NCBI GenBank assembly: GCA_964553825.1
Contig: CAZKLT010000004.1
Location: forward strand, 3,137 to 67,136
DNA length: 64,000 bases
Source: an uncultured Gammaproteobacteria bacterium
Lineage (GTDB): Bacteria > Patescibacteriota > Microgenomatia > UBA10105 > UBA927
Reading direction: 5' to 3'
The notes under the pieces were generated by a model, which did no database searches, was not told the DNA's origin, and saw only the letters and a list, made by a program, of their open reading frames with translations. Both the position numbers and the translations under genes were made by a program. Below are positions 36,913 through 45,526 of the stretch, one piece after another. The stretch's first letter is position 1; each line of letters starts with the position of its first letter.

Positions 36913-37344
36913 ATGATGCGGTGGATTGTCATTGGTTTTTGCTGGCTTGTTGCGCTTGCAGCACAGGGCGCGCGTTGGAGCCTGCAGCAGTCTGCCATAG
37001 CTGTCCATGACCAGCCCATCGGGGATACGGTTGTTGTGGATCGCGCGCGTACACCTGAACCAGGTGTTTTGGCTGTTGTAAACTCCCTTTACGGCAAGCC
37101 CTATTTTGAGCATATCCTTGATCAGGTAGACCTTCCCCGCGCGGGGACATATACACAGGTACAGATGTCAATCGCACAATATTCGCTCGGTTCTTCCCAG
37201 GCGCCCGAAGGCACAGAGGGGATATTGTCTCCAGGAAGCCTTGTCTATGCCGTGCTTATGGTTCCTAAGGCGCCGGGAGAAACACCGGAGCCGATGCGTG
37301 ATATTACCGGAAAACCGCTTGCCCACCCATTTCGATTACAGTAG
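36913..37344 (+). CDS. Small exported protein, family A (divergent)
   Basis: Signal anchor then V.DQPIGDTVVVDRA..PG.LAVV pattern shared with 38610..39014. Confidence 0.5.
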   Translation: MMRWIVIGFCWLVALAAQGARWSLQQSAIAVHDQPIGDTVVVDRARTPEPGVLAVVNSLYGKPYFEHILDQVDLPRAGTYTQVQMSIAQYSLGSSQAPEGTEGILSPGSLVYAVLMVPKAPGETPEPMRDITGKPLAHPFRLQ

Positions 37345-38070
37345 CTAGAAGTGTATATCGACATCCGGAAGTATGGCGCGGATGCGTGCCTTTTCTGTCT
37401 CAGAAATAAGATTTCCTCCCACATACAGTCGTTTTAGTGTACCGTTAAGTTTTGTCATGGAGTCAGGCAGCGTCCTGAGCCTATTGGACCGGGCATCCAG
37501 GACGGTCAGCGCCGTAAGATTGCCGATCGAATCGGGAAGCGTGGTGAGGCGATTGTCATAGATGTGCAGCGTGGTGAGGCGCGTAAGCGCTCCGATGGAA
37601 TCCGGAAGGGTCTCAAGCGCGTTTCCGCCCAGCTTCAGTGTCTCCAGCCGTGTAAGATTGCCAATCGTATCCGGAAGGTGCATTATGCGCTGGTCCTGTA
37701 TTTGCAGTCGGGTGAGCGAGGTAAGCGACCCGAGAGAAGCAGGAACGACGCGTACGTTTCCCCGGACAACTCCATAGCGGGCGAGCTGTTTCATGGGCAG
37801 AAGGGTGTCGATGTGAAGCGCGTTGATGTTGCATACCGGCGAATAGTCCAGCGTCGTTACCCGGGGCAATTTTTCCCAGACAGCGCGCAGTGACCTGCCG
37901 GCATCCCGGTCATACGTGCCCAGCGTCTCACAGTATTCCACCGGATCGTACGCCAGTTGTCTTGCAACGGGTTGAACCAGGAGTGTCGCGCCGGATACCC
38001 ATCCGGCAAAAAGGGACACACCCCACAGAAGAAGGGAAAAAGCCGGTGTGTGTCGTGCCTGCATGCGCAT
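37345..38070 (-). CDS. Leucine-rich repeat protein, N-terminal membrane anchor
   Basis: LPDTIGNLTRLETLKLGGNALETLPDSIGALTRLTTLHIYDNRLTTLPDSIGNLTALTVLDARSNRLRTLPDS. Confidence 0.85.
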   Translation of the reverse strand: MRMQARHTPAFSLLLWGVSLFAGWVSGATLLVQPVARQLAYDPVEYCETLGTYDRDAGRSLRAVWEKLPRVTTLDYSPVCNINALHIDTLLPMKQLARYGVVRGNVRVVPASLGSLTSLTRLQIQDQRIMHLPDTIGNLTRLETLKLGGNALETLPDSIGALTRLTTLHIYDNRLTTLPDSIGNLTALTVLDARSNRLRTLPDSMTKLNGTLKRLYVGGNLISETEKARIRAILPDVDIHF

Positions 38071-38106
38071 AGAATTCGTATACCTGCTATCATTATAGCA
38101 ACGATT

Positions 38107-38613
38107 ATGACAGCGGCGAAACAGGCTCTCTCCTACGAAACGTGGGGCATCTTGGTTGTTTTCTTTCTTCTTGCGGCTGTGGCGTATTTTATCCGTTTCG
38201 TCGATACGCCGTCGCGGAAAATTTTTGGTGCGCAGATGTTTAACCAGGTTACGAACCGTGCGGACATGCCGATATGGGAGAACCCCGATTTCCCGCGTCA
38301 GGCAGGTTTACTTGAGATTTTTTCCATAAATGGCATGCTTGTGTTTGATGGTCACTTTGAACGACCTCTTCCCAAGACATCACTTGTCGTGTGGGTGCAT
38401 GTGGGAAGCTGTCGGCACATGGGAGAGAGGCGCTACGTACTGCCGCCGACATCAGCAGAAGCATCGGTCTGGTGGACGAGTTTGTATGCGTTCCCCTGGG
38501 AGCGGCTTTCGGGTGAGCTTCCGCTTGCGGTTTCGTTTCGCGATCCGGACGGTGAGCATGCGATATATTATTGCGCTGATATTCTGATGGAACAGGAAGG
38601 AGAGGCACCATGA
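38107..38613 (+). CDS. Hypothetical membrane-anchored protein
   Basis: Start set at internal Met to avoid overlap with LRR gene; one N-terminal TM. Confidence 0.4.
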   Translation: MTAAKQALSYETWGILVVFFLLAAVAYFIRFVDTPSRKIFGAQMFNQVTNRADMPIWENPDFPRQAGLLEIFSINGMLVFDGHFERPLPKTSLVVWVHVGSCRHMGERRYVLPPTSAEASVWWTSLYAFPWERLSGELPLAVSFRDPDGEHAIYYCADILMEQEGEAP

Positions 38614-39014
38614 GTGCATGGATACTCGCGGCACTTGTGTTTTGTCTAAGCGCGGTGGTTTCGGCGTACGTATCGCTTGCGCGCACAGCGTATGATCTGG
38701 TCGTGAACGATCAACCGGTCGGGACATCGATTGTGGTTGAGCGGCTGGTGCTTGAAAAAGGAGGCTATCTTGCCATCACACCGCTTTCCGGTCCAAACAC
38801 GCAGCAGTCAGTTTCCGACTATATGCCTGCAGGCGTATTTACTGATTTCAATGTGGATATCTATTGGGGAGACGAGCTTGATCTTCCGGCGCAGACGCCG
38901 GTAGTTGTACGGATCCTCGTGGATAACGGGGATGTGTACTTTGACTCGGAATTTGATGTACCTGCCCGAAACGCGCAGGGGCAGATGTATGAAAAAACGA
39001 TTGTCCTTCGGTAG
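38610..39014 (+). CDS. Small exported protein, family A (divergent)
   Basis: ATGA overlap with previous; VVNDQPVGTSIVVERLVLEKGGYLAI. Confidence 0.5.
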   Translation: MSAWILAALVFCLSAVVSAYVSLARTAYDLVVNDQPVGTSIVVERLVLEKGGYLAITPLSGPNTQQSVSDYMPAGVFTDFNVDIYWGDELDLPAQTPVVVRILVDNGDVYFDSEFDVPARNAQGQMYEKTIVLR

Positions 39015-40128
39015 ACTGGCCGTTGTTGTCGCGCTTGCTGTCCTGTGCGGCTTGGCGGCAGGTGCTTTGTTTAGAGGAATCAGAGGGGAGACGCTGAGGG
39101 AGCATGTCGCCTCCGCGTTTACATCCTGCGCAGAACCCACGAAGGAATTCGACTACAACTGTCTGCGAACGGTCATGACGCCGCTTGTGCGTGAGGATAC
39201 GCTTACACCCGTAATGGAGCACCTGCACGATATTTTTTCGTCGCCTGATGTTTCGCTTCAGACGCATGGTGCGCTGACGTGTCATCCGTCCGGCCATGTG
39301 GCAGGAGAGATAGCCGCAGAGAAACACATAGCGTTTTCCCGTATTACGCAGTTGTGCGGCGCGTCGTGCGATTACGGATGCACACATGGGGCATTTGTGG
39401 TAACGCTGCGGCGTGATCCTGGCTTTCTGGACAGAGTGGGTACCCTGTGCGATGAACTTTCTTCTTCCGGTATACGGCGGCAAATGTCTTCGTGTGGGCA
39501 TGTCGTCGGCCATGGGTTGGCCGAGGTATTTGCCAGCAACACTGACAAGGCTCTCGGGTATTGCGATGCGATTGATGATGCGTCCGCGCGTCATGCCTGT
39601 GGGCAGGGGGTTATGATGGAACAGCTTATTGGACTGCCAGACCGGCCAAAGAATATACCGTTGTCGTTGGAAAGCGTGCTGGTATTTTGCGACAGCCTTC
39701 CGGGTGTCTATAGGAAAGAGTGTTTCGATAACGTAGGAACGTATGCCGGACGGATTACGCAAACGGTACAGGAGGCGAAAGATGTCTGCACGCATGTTCC
39801 TGCTGAGTCAGCCGTGGCGTGTGTACAATCTCTTGGCGGCGTGGCGTACTATCATTTCCGGCATGAACCGGAGCAAATGAGCGCATACTGTCGCTCGATG
39901 GACAGTGCAGTGCAGGCGCCGTGCGTTCGGGGCGTTCTGGAGACCAGCGTCGGCGAAAAAGACCGCTTATGGTATGGCAATGCCCTCTGCAGGACATTTG
40001 CGCAATCCGCCCGCAGGGATTGTTTCGCATACTTCGGTATCCAGGTGGGCATGGCCTGGGGAGACCAGGTACGGGCAGATACGTGCAGTGCGCTGGAGAA
40101 AGAGGATATGCAGGCGTGTCAATTATGA
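38989..40128 (+). CDS. Cys/His-rich membrane-anchored paralog 1 (subtype D)
   Basis: N-terminal TM; CHPSGHVAGE..CGASCDYGCTHGAF..CGHVVGHG..CGQGV; start at internal Met MKKRLSF. Confidence 0.65.
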   Translation: MKKRLSFGRLAVVVALAVLCGLAAGALFRGIRGETLREHVASAFTSCAEPTKEFDYNCLRTVMTPLVREDTLTPVMEHLHDIFSSPDVSLQTHGALTCHPSGHVAGEIAAEKHIAFSRITQLCGASCDYGCTHGAFVVTLRRDPGFLDRVGTLCDELSSSGIRRQMSSCGHVVGHGLAEVFASNTDKALGYCDAIDDASARHACGQGVMMEQLIGLPDRPKNIPLSLESVLVFCDSLPGVYRKECFDNVGTYAGRITQTVQEAKDVCTHVPAESAVACVQSLGGVAYYHFRHEPEQMSAYCRSMDSAVQAPCVRGVLETSVGEKDRLWYGNALCRTFAQSARRDCFAYFGIQVGMAWGDQVRADTCSALEKEDMQACQL

Positions 40129-41066
40129 ATATCCGCACCATTTTTTCCCGCCTTCCGGTGCCCATGAGGTGGGTCATCCTGCTTGGGGCAATCGGGATAG
40201 CGCTTTTTGCCGTTACCAAGACAGGATATACCGACCGCCGGCATCCAGCGCTTCTGAGTGGCAGGGAAGTCGTACGGGTGCGTGGACAGATTACGCGTGT
40301 CATGCGGACGAAAGGGCCGCGGGTAGCGTATGCATACGCCAAGACATTGTTTCCGTACGACACATCGGGTGTTTCCCAGCACTTGACGATGCATATCTTT
40401 GCGGAAGTGGCGTACGGCCGGTACGGCGCCACCGCCATGGCGTATTGTGATCGGGAGTTTTCATATGGGTGCTATCATGGCTTTTTGGGGCAGAATATTG
40501 CCCGTGAGGGTCTGGACGCGGCGCGAGATCTTTTTCTGGCATGTAAGGATGAACCGAATGTCATCGCATGCCAGCATGGGATCGGGCATGGCATTATGCA
40601 ATATATGGGCCACAGACGTTTGAAGGATGCTCTTGATGCTTGTGTGCAGATCGGCGCACCCGTCGCCGCGACCGGATGCTTCGGTGGTGCGTATATGGAG
40701 TATCACTTTCCCGCGTTGTCAGCCGGCGGGGCACAGACGGCGATGCGGTTTGATCCAGAGAATCCGTATGACGTCTGTCCTGAGCTCCCGACTGCGTACC
40801 AGTCGTCGTGTTACTTCCGTCTGGCCGAGTGGTGGGAGCAGATTCTTAGCCGTAACTACCGCCTGATGGGCGGACTGTGTGCCAGGATAGGGGAGAGCGG
40901 GATGCGTGAGCAGTGCTTTACCGCCATCGGGGCAACGAGTTTTACCACCGGGGGACATATCCGGCAGGGGGTTATCGATGCCTGCAATCAGGCGACAGGC
41001 AGCCCGGGATACGAGCGGTACCGGGATATCTGTTTGCGGGGATTTGATACACAGAGTCAACGTTGA
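40125..41066 (+). CDS. Cys/His-rich membrane-anchored paralog 2 (subtype D)
   Basis: ATGA overlap with paralog 1; MHIFAEVAYG..CDREFSYGCYHGF..CQHGIGHG..CFGGAY. Confidence 0.7.
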   Translation: MNIRTIFSRLPVPMRWVILLGAIGIALFAVTKTGYTDRRHPALLSGREVVRVRGQITRVMRTKGPRVAYAYAKTLFPYDTSGVSQHLTMHIFAEVAYGRYGATAMAYCDREFSYGCYHGFLGQNIAREGLDAARDLFLACKDEPNVIACQHGIGHGIMQYMGHRRLKDALDACVQIGAPVAATGCFGGAYMEYHFPALSAGGAQTAMRFDPENPYDVCPELPTAYQSSCYFRLAEWWEQILSRNYRLMGGLCARIGESGMREQCFTAIGATSFTTGGHIRQGVIDACNQATGSPGYERYRDICLRGFDTQSQR

Positions 41067-41072
41067 TCAGGC

Positions 41073-42161
41073 TTAGTTCTTCCAGACGTTGTGGACCAGG
41101 ATGCCCTCCGTGAAGTAATTGTGCTGTTCTCCCGGAAGGCTGAGGTTGTAGACGGGCGGATTTTCGTCTACTGCTGTAATGCTGCCCACGAGTAGCTGGT
41201 TTCCCTGGGGGTCAAGGAGCATATCGTTCACGCGAATAGCGTCGGCTCTGAGCCACGCCTTCCTGTTTTCCACCCAGATATTGTGACCTTTCGTGACACG
41301 CAGTGTCCCGTTGATCACCAGATACCCTGCTTCCTGCGACTCCGGATCTTCCGAGGGACTTGTATGAACCAGAAGCGCGGCTACAGGATTGGGTACCAGA
41401 GTTTCTGTCGTTAGGTCGTAGGAGAGTACAACGTCGCCCGGTCTGATATCCTGTATTTCCTTCAGGGTGCCGTCTGCCATAAGTACCTTGGTGCCAGCCA
41501 GGAAACATCCGCCATAGCTGCCATATGATGATTGCCCGTACCCATAATAGCTTGCTTGTCCATAGCCATAGCTGTAAGAATAGTAGCTGCTTTGGCTATA
41601 GGCATAGTAGTTGGATTGGCTATAGGCATAGTAGTTTGCCTGGCCGTAATTATAGTAGGTGGATTCGGAGTAGGAATAGCAATTATTGGTGTACTGCCCA
41701 TTACCGTCGTCGCAATCTGCACTGAGGGACTTCATGAGGCCAATTCTTCTTCTTCCGGGTGCAGACGCATCATAGTATTGGGCAGTGGGACTAAACCACC
41801 CGTCTGCATCCGCGTCATCAATCCAAAGACCGTTGCCTACCAGAAGCTGGCCGCTGCCGATTGCAATACCACCCGCGCCGTTGATGATAAATTGTCCGGC
41901 AATGATTTTCTGGCTTGACGAGAGGGTCAGATTGTAATCTCCCAGAGTGATGGTAGCGGAATTTGTCGTGGATGATTCGCTGTTTTGCGGGTTGTCTACC
42001 CCGTCAATCGTATATGAGTATGTACAGGAAGCCGTGAGGACGACGTTGCCGTATGTTGTCGCAGGACGGGCACAATCAGCTAACACCGTGTGTTTCGGCG
42101 CGAGAAGGAGCAAGAATACGAGTGCGCAAAGTAATGCAAGGGGTGTGAAAAGTCTTTTCAT
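41073..42161 (-). CDS. Secreted protein with C-terminal Hint (bacterial intein-like, BIL) domain and Tyr/Ser/Gly-rich linker
   Basis: Signal peptide; ...YYAYSQSNYYAYSQSSYYSYSYGYG... then CFLAGTKVLMADG (Hint block A), TKGHNIW (block B TxxH), VYNLSLPGEQHNYFTEGILVHN (blocks F/G) ending 4 aa before stop with Val at +1. Confidence 0.85.
   Translation of the reverse strand: MKRLFTPLALLCALVFLLLLAPKHTVLADCARPATTYGNVVLTASCTYSYTIDGVDNPQNSESSTTNSATITLGDYNLTLSSSQKIIAGQFIINGAGGIAIGSGQLLVGNGLWIDDADADGWFSPTAQYYDASAPGRRRIGLMKSLSADCDDGNGQYTNNCYSYSESTYYNYGQANYYAYSQSNYYAYSQSSYYSYSYGYGQASYYGYGQSSYGSYGGCFLAGTKVLMADGTLKEIQDIRPGDVVLSYDLTTETLVPNPVAALLVHTSPSEDPESQEAGYLVINGTLRVTKGHNIWVENRKAWLRADAIRVNDMLLDPQGNQLLVGSITAVDENPPVYNLSLPGEQHNYFTEGILVHNVWKN
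41560..41660. repeat. Tandem ~24-bp DNA repeats (TTGGCTATAGGCATAGTAGTT..) encoding the NYYAYSQS repeats of the Hint protein
   Basis: Direct repeats read from sequence inside CDS 41073..42161. Confidence 0.6.
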
Positions 42162-42164
42162 ATG

Positions 42165-42740
42165 TTAGCGAAACGCAAAGCCGCCTGTATAGGTTTCATC
42201 TGTGCCGACCAGGGTGAAGTCGAGATAGTATATTTCGTTGTAGGTGTCGTCAGAAATGCGAGTCGCTTGCCACGTGCCGTTGGTGTCGGTACCCGCGATA
42301 CGCGTAAATGTGAGTGGTGTTTTCTTCGTATCGGTGTCGAGCCGCGCCGTGACCGACGTGATGGGGGATGTATGGGTGGCCTTTACGGTGATCGTCTGAG
42401 TGACACCGGGTTTCACGCCAAGCGGATCAAGGCTGAATTCGTAGATTTTGGGGCCCTTGGCTTTTGGACCCGGAGCATATTGGAATGTTTCTTTCCCGGG
42501 ATTAAGAAGTCGGGGAGACGGCTTGGGTCGCATGCTGGCGGTAGGAGTAGCGCCGCCCGATTCTTCTGCGGGCACACCGCTTAACCAAGAAACCATCTCA
42601 CCCTTTTGCGTAAAAATGTAGAATGCCAATAGAAGTACAATAGCACCAATGCCTATAAAAAGAGGGGTATTGGAGATGCCGTTGGACCTTACCTTATTCA
42701 CGATATGATTTCTTTTAGACTTTGCCTTATGTAATTTCAT
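42165..42740 (-). CDS. Hypothetical membrane-anchored protein (beta-rich ectodomain), operonic with Hint protein
   Basis: N-terminal TM (LFIGIGAIVLLLAFYIF); 4-nt gap to downstream Hint gene. Confidence 0.5.
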   Translation of the reverse strand: MKLHKAKSKRNHIVNKVRSNGISNTPLFIGIGAIVLLLAFYIFTQKGEMVSWLSGVPAEESGGATPTASMRPKPSPRLLNPGKETFQYAPGPKAKGPKIYEFSLDPLGVKPGVTQTITVKATHTSPITSVTARLDTDTKKTPLTFTRIAGTDTNGTWQATRISDDTYNEIYYLDFTLVGTDETYTGGFAFR

Positions 42741-42865
42741 GACAATGTCCTTATCTTCATCCTAGGAATACGCACATCTCTTGTCAAGGGGTAAACGTGA
42801 TATACGTTACTGACCGTTTACTATATAGTTGATACAACGATGTAAGATAGATTACTTGAGACTGA

Positions 42866-44047
42866 ATGAAAAAGGTGATATTTATCGGTGTTCTCGTGTT
42901 CCTTTTTGTTGCGTGGGCTTTCCGCGCCAAACCCCAGGTCAAATCGTACCCTGAAGTGTCCTATCTTGCAGCGCAGACTATGGACTTCGGACAGTTAAGT
43001 ACGTTTTTCACCAGGCTTGCGCAAACCAAGGGAGCCGCCTATGCGTTTGAGGTTCTCGGACAGGCGTCACTCCCGCCAAATACGGATATGCACCTGCTTG
43101 GTCATGTCGTGGGAGATGAATTATATAAAGAAAAAGGAATTGACGGGATGCGTATTTGTACGCAGGATTTTCGGAATGCCTGCTCTCATTCCATTGTTGT
43201 GGGATATTTTCTTGCCCATGGAGAAGAGGGATTGGGGGCGATAGCCGAAGCATGCAGAACTGCTCCGGGAGGAAGTGGCGCGTATACCATGTGTTTCCAC
43301 GGCCTTGGTCACGGTATTCTGGCAGCTGTTGACTACGATCTTCCCCGGGCTGTTGCCCTGTGCCAGAAAACGGGAACACTTCCGTACGGATACCGTGAGG
43401 CTTCCGAGTGTTCCAGCGGGGCCGTCATGGAGATTATATCCGGAGGGTTTCATAATAAGACACTTTGGGAAAAGGCCTCAAAACGCTATCTGTCCTTGAC
43501 CCAGCCGCTTCTTCCCTGTGTCGCTGACTATATGCCGGCAGTCGCGCGGCCGTCCTGTTTTGAATATCTCACTGGACACCTGGTTACGGCTGCGGGCGGC
43601 TCACTGGATACGGGTGTGCCGACGGATGAGGTCATTGTGCGCGCTATGCAAATGTGCACTCAGGTGGTTGACGCAGCTCCTCGGGATGCGTGTTACAAAG
43701 GATTTGGAAAAGAATTTATCGTCCTTGTGCACAATCGCGATACGCGGACATTGACGGATATGAACGATGAAGAAATGAACGAAACATACCGCCTGTGTGG
43801 CCTTGCTCGCGATACGCGCGGGGAACAGATGTGCCTGACGCATGCGCTTGATTCTCTCTACTGGGGAGGCGAAAACGATATCCGCGGGGCAGTACGGTTC
43901 TGTGCGCTGATGTCATCTCCGGTTATGAAGGAGACTTGTTTTGCGCACTTAACGGGTGCTATACAATTCTTTGCGAAGACCCCGAGGGAGAAAAACGAAG
44001 ACTGTGGAGCGCTTCCCGAAGCGTACAGAAGCAGGTGTTATGAATAA
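42866..44047 (+). CDS. Cys/His-rich paralog 3 (subtype D)
   Basis: DMHLLGHVVGDELY..CTQDFRNACSHSIVVG..CFHGLGHGI..CSSGAVME. Confidence 0.7.
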   Translation: MKKVIFIGVLVFLFVAWAFRAKPQVKSYPEVSYLAAQTMDFGQLSTFFTRLAQTKGAAYAFEVLGQASLPPNTDMHLLGHVVGDELYKEKGIDGMRICTQDFRNACSHSIVVGYFLAHGEEGLGAIAEACRTAPGGSGAYTMCFHGLGHGILAAVDYDLPRAVALCQKTGTLPYGYREASECSSGAVMEIISGGFHNKTLWEKASKRYLSLTQPLLPCVADYMPAVARPSCFEYLTGHLVTAAGGSLDTGVPTDEVIVRAMQMCTQVVDAAPRDACYKGFGKEFIVLVHNRDTRTLTDMNDEEMNETYRLCGLARDTRGEQMCLTHALDSLYWGGENDIRGAVRFCALMSSPVMKETCFAHLTGAIQFFAKTPREKNEDCGALPEAYRSRCYE

Positions 44048-45524
44048 CAGAAAGGCGATAACAGGAGGGACGATTGCCGTTTTTGCCGCATGCGTGTGGG
44101 TGTTTTGGGCAAAGGCGTTCGTCGTGGGAGACGGCAGGAGTATAACGTTCCGTCAGGACGGTTACCGGCCCACGCGATTAACCGTGCGCGTCGGGGATTC
44201 CGTGACGTTCAGAAACAATTCGGGCAAGCCATTCTGGCCAGCCAGCAATAACCACCCAATCCATGAACTGTATCCCGAATTCGATCCGCGTAAGCCGATT
44301 GCTCCCGGTGAGTCATGGCAGTTTACGTTTACCCAAGAAGGAAAATGGCGTTTTCATGATCATATATATCCGGAATTTCGCGGCACGATCATGGTGCTCC
44401 CTCCGGGGAAAACCACCCTTCCGCCGCTTGACTGCAGTGCGTCTGCTGATGCCCAAACAAAAGGTCGCTGCTGGGAGGAAACCCTCAGTGATGCCCTGGA
44501 AACACGCGGCATTGCGGGCGCGTTCAAGGAATTTTCCCGATTGTATAAAACGGACACCGACTTCATACGCAGCGGGTGTCATGTGCACGCCCATAGGATC
44601 GGGGATGAATTTTTCCAGGCATATGCATCCAAGCTGCGGAAGCTGGAGGGCATAGAATTGCCCGTGGAAACTATGAGCTGTGGATACGGGTTTTTCCACG
44701 GATTGTTTGAACATTTTTTCCGGAAGTATCCGGATGTAGAATTGGCGCGGGCGATTTGTGACGACTTGGATTCGCGCTACAGCAAGACAATTCCGCTTAT
44801 CCGTATCAACTGTTTCCATGGCGCCGGTCACGGACTGATTGCGGATCCTCCCGATCCTTCATCCTGGGGAAACCCAAAGTCGCTTGTGGCTGGGCCGCTT
44901 GCGCTGTGTGCGCAAATTTCCCATATACCCGATGAATCGCATGCCTGCATTGACGGGATATTCAATGTCGTATCCAGTTGGATGGGGGACGCCAAGTACG
45001 GTATGAGCATAGACGCGGCAGATCCGTTCTGGCTTTGTGAATCAGTCCCCGACGTGGCAAAGGAATCCTGTTATTATGAACAAATTATGGTAATGAGCGA
45101 GATGGAGAATAGGGATCTGCTTGCAATTACGCGGAAATACGTGGCACCGATTGCGGATCCGCAGATCGCAAGGCTTGTTATGTTCTCGCTTGCGGCATCG
45201 TTCATGCAAAAAGACGTCGCACTTGCCGATCACGCGCATATGCTCGTGAATTGTAGAAATGTGCCCGCCGGTCTGAAAGAACGTTGTTTAGAAGGCGTGT
45301 TAAACGGTTTTAAGGGACATGGCGAACCGGGAAATGAATACAACAAAGCGCTGGCATTCTGTGCGCTTCCCCAGATGACGCGGGAGGAACAGCAGGTCTG
45401 TTATCCGTATCTGGTAAGGATTCTTTGGGAGTTATATCCGGCCCAAAAAGTGTTGTCTCTTTGTTCAATGATTCCCAGTGAATACAGAAATGCCTGCGAA
45501 ACACGGATGATTCAGCAAAACTAA
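44040..45524 (+). CDS. Cys/His-rich paralog 4 with N-terminal cupredoxin-like domain (subtype C)
   Basis: TM, then ITFRQDGYRPTRLTVRVGDSVTFRNNSGKPFWPASNNHPIH...WQFTFTQEGKWRFHDHIYPEFRGTIMVL, then CHVHAHRIGDEFF..CGYGFFHGLFE..CFHGAGHG; 8-nt overlap with paralog 3. Confidence 0.7.
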   Translation: MNNRKAITGGTIAVFAACVWVFWAKAFVVGDGRSITFRQDGYRPTRLTVRVGDSVTFRNNSGKPFWPASNNHPIHELYPEFDPRKPIAPGESWQFTFTQEGKWRFHDHIYPEFRGTIMVLPPGKTTLPPLDCSASADAQTKGRCWEETLSDALETRGIAGAFKEFSRLYKTDTDFIRSGCHVHAHRIGDEFFQAYASKLRKLEGIELPVETMSCGYGFFHGLFEHFFRKYPDVELARAICDDLDSRYSKTIPLIRINCFHGAGHGLIADPPDPSSWGNPKSLVAGPLALCAQISHIPDESHACIDGIFNVVSSWMGDAKYGMSIDAADPFWLCESVPDVAKESCYYEQIMVMSEMENRDLLAITRKYVAPIADPQIARLVMFSLAASFMQKDVALADHAHMLVNCRNVPAGLKERCLEGVLNGFKGHGEPGNEYNKALAFCALPQMTREEQQVCYPYLVRILWELYPAQKVLSLCSMIPSEYRNACETRMIQQN

Positions 45525-45526
45525 CG

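Noticed and set aside
38848-40438. Long antisense ORFs 38848..39795(-) 315 aa and 39755..40438(-) 227 aa
   Set aside because: They are embedded opposite paralogs 1 and 2 of the Cys/His-rich family, which have conserved motifs and TM anchors. The antisense frames are Arg-rich and have no start context.
41073-42161. Possibility that the Hint domain is a true splicing intein in a housekeeping gene
   Set aside because: The host protein has a signal peptide and low-complexity linker. The Hint domain is at the extreme C-terminus with a Val at +1 and only four trailing residues, and there is no homing-endonuclease insert. It is interpreted as a BIL-type autoprocessing domain.
42741-42865. Divergent promoter calls between the Hint operon and paralog 3
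   Set aside because: Several TTGxxx/TAxxxT candidates were seen (TTGTCA, TTGATA, TATATA), but none has a convincing -35/-10 spacing. They are left unannotated.
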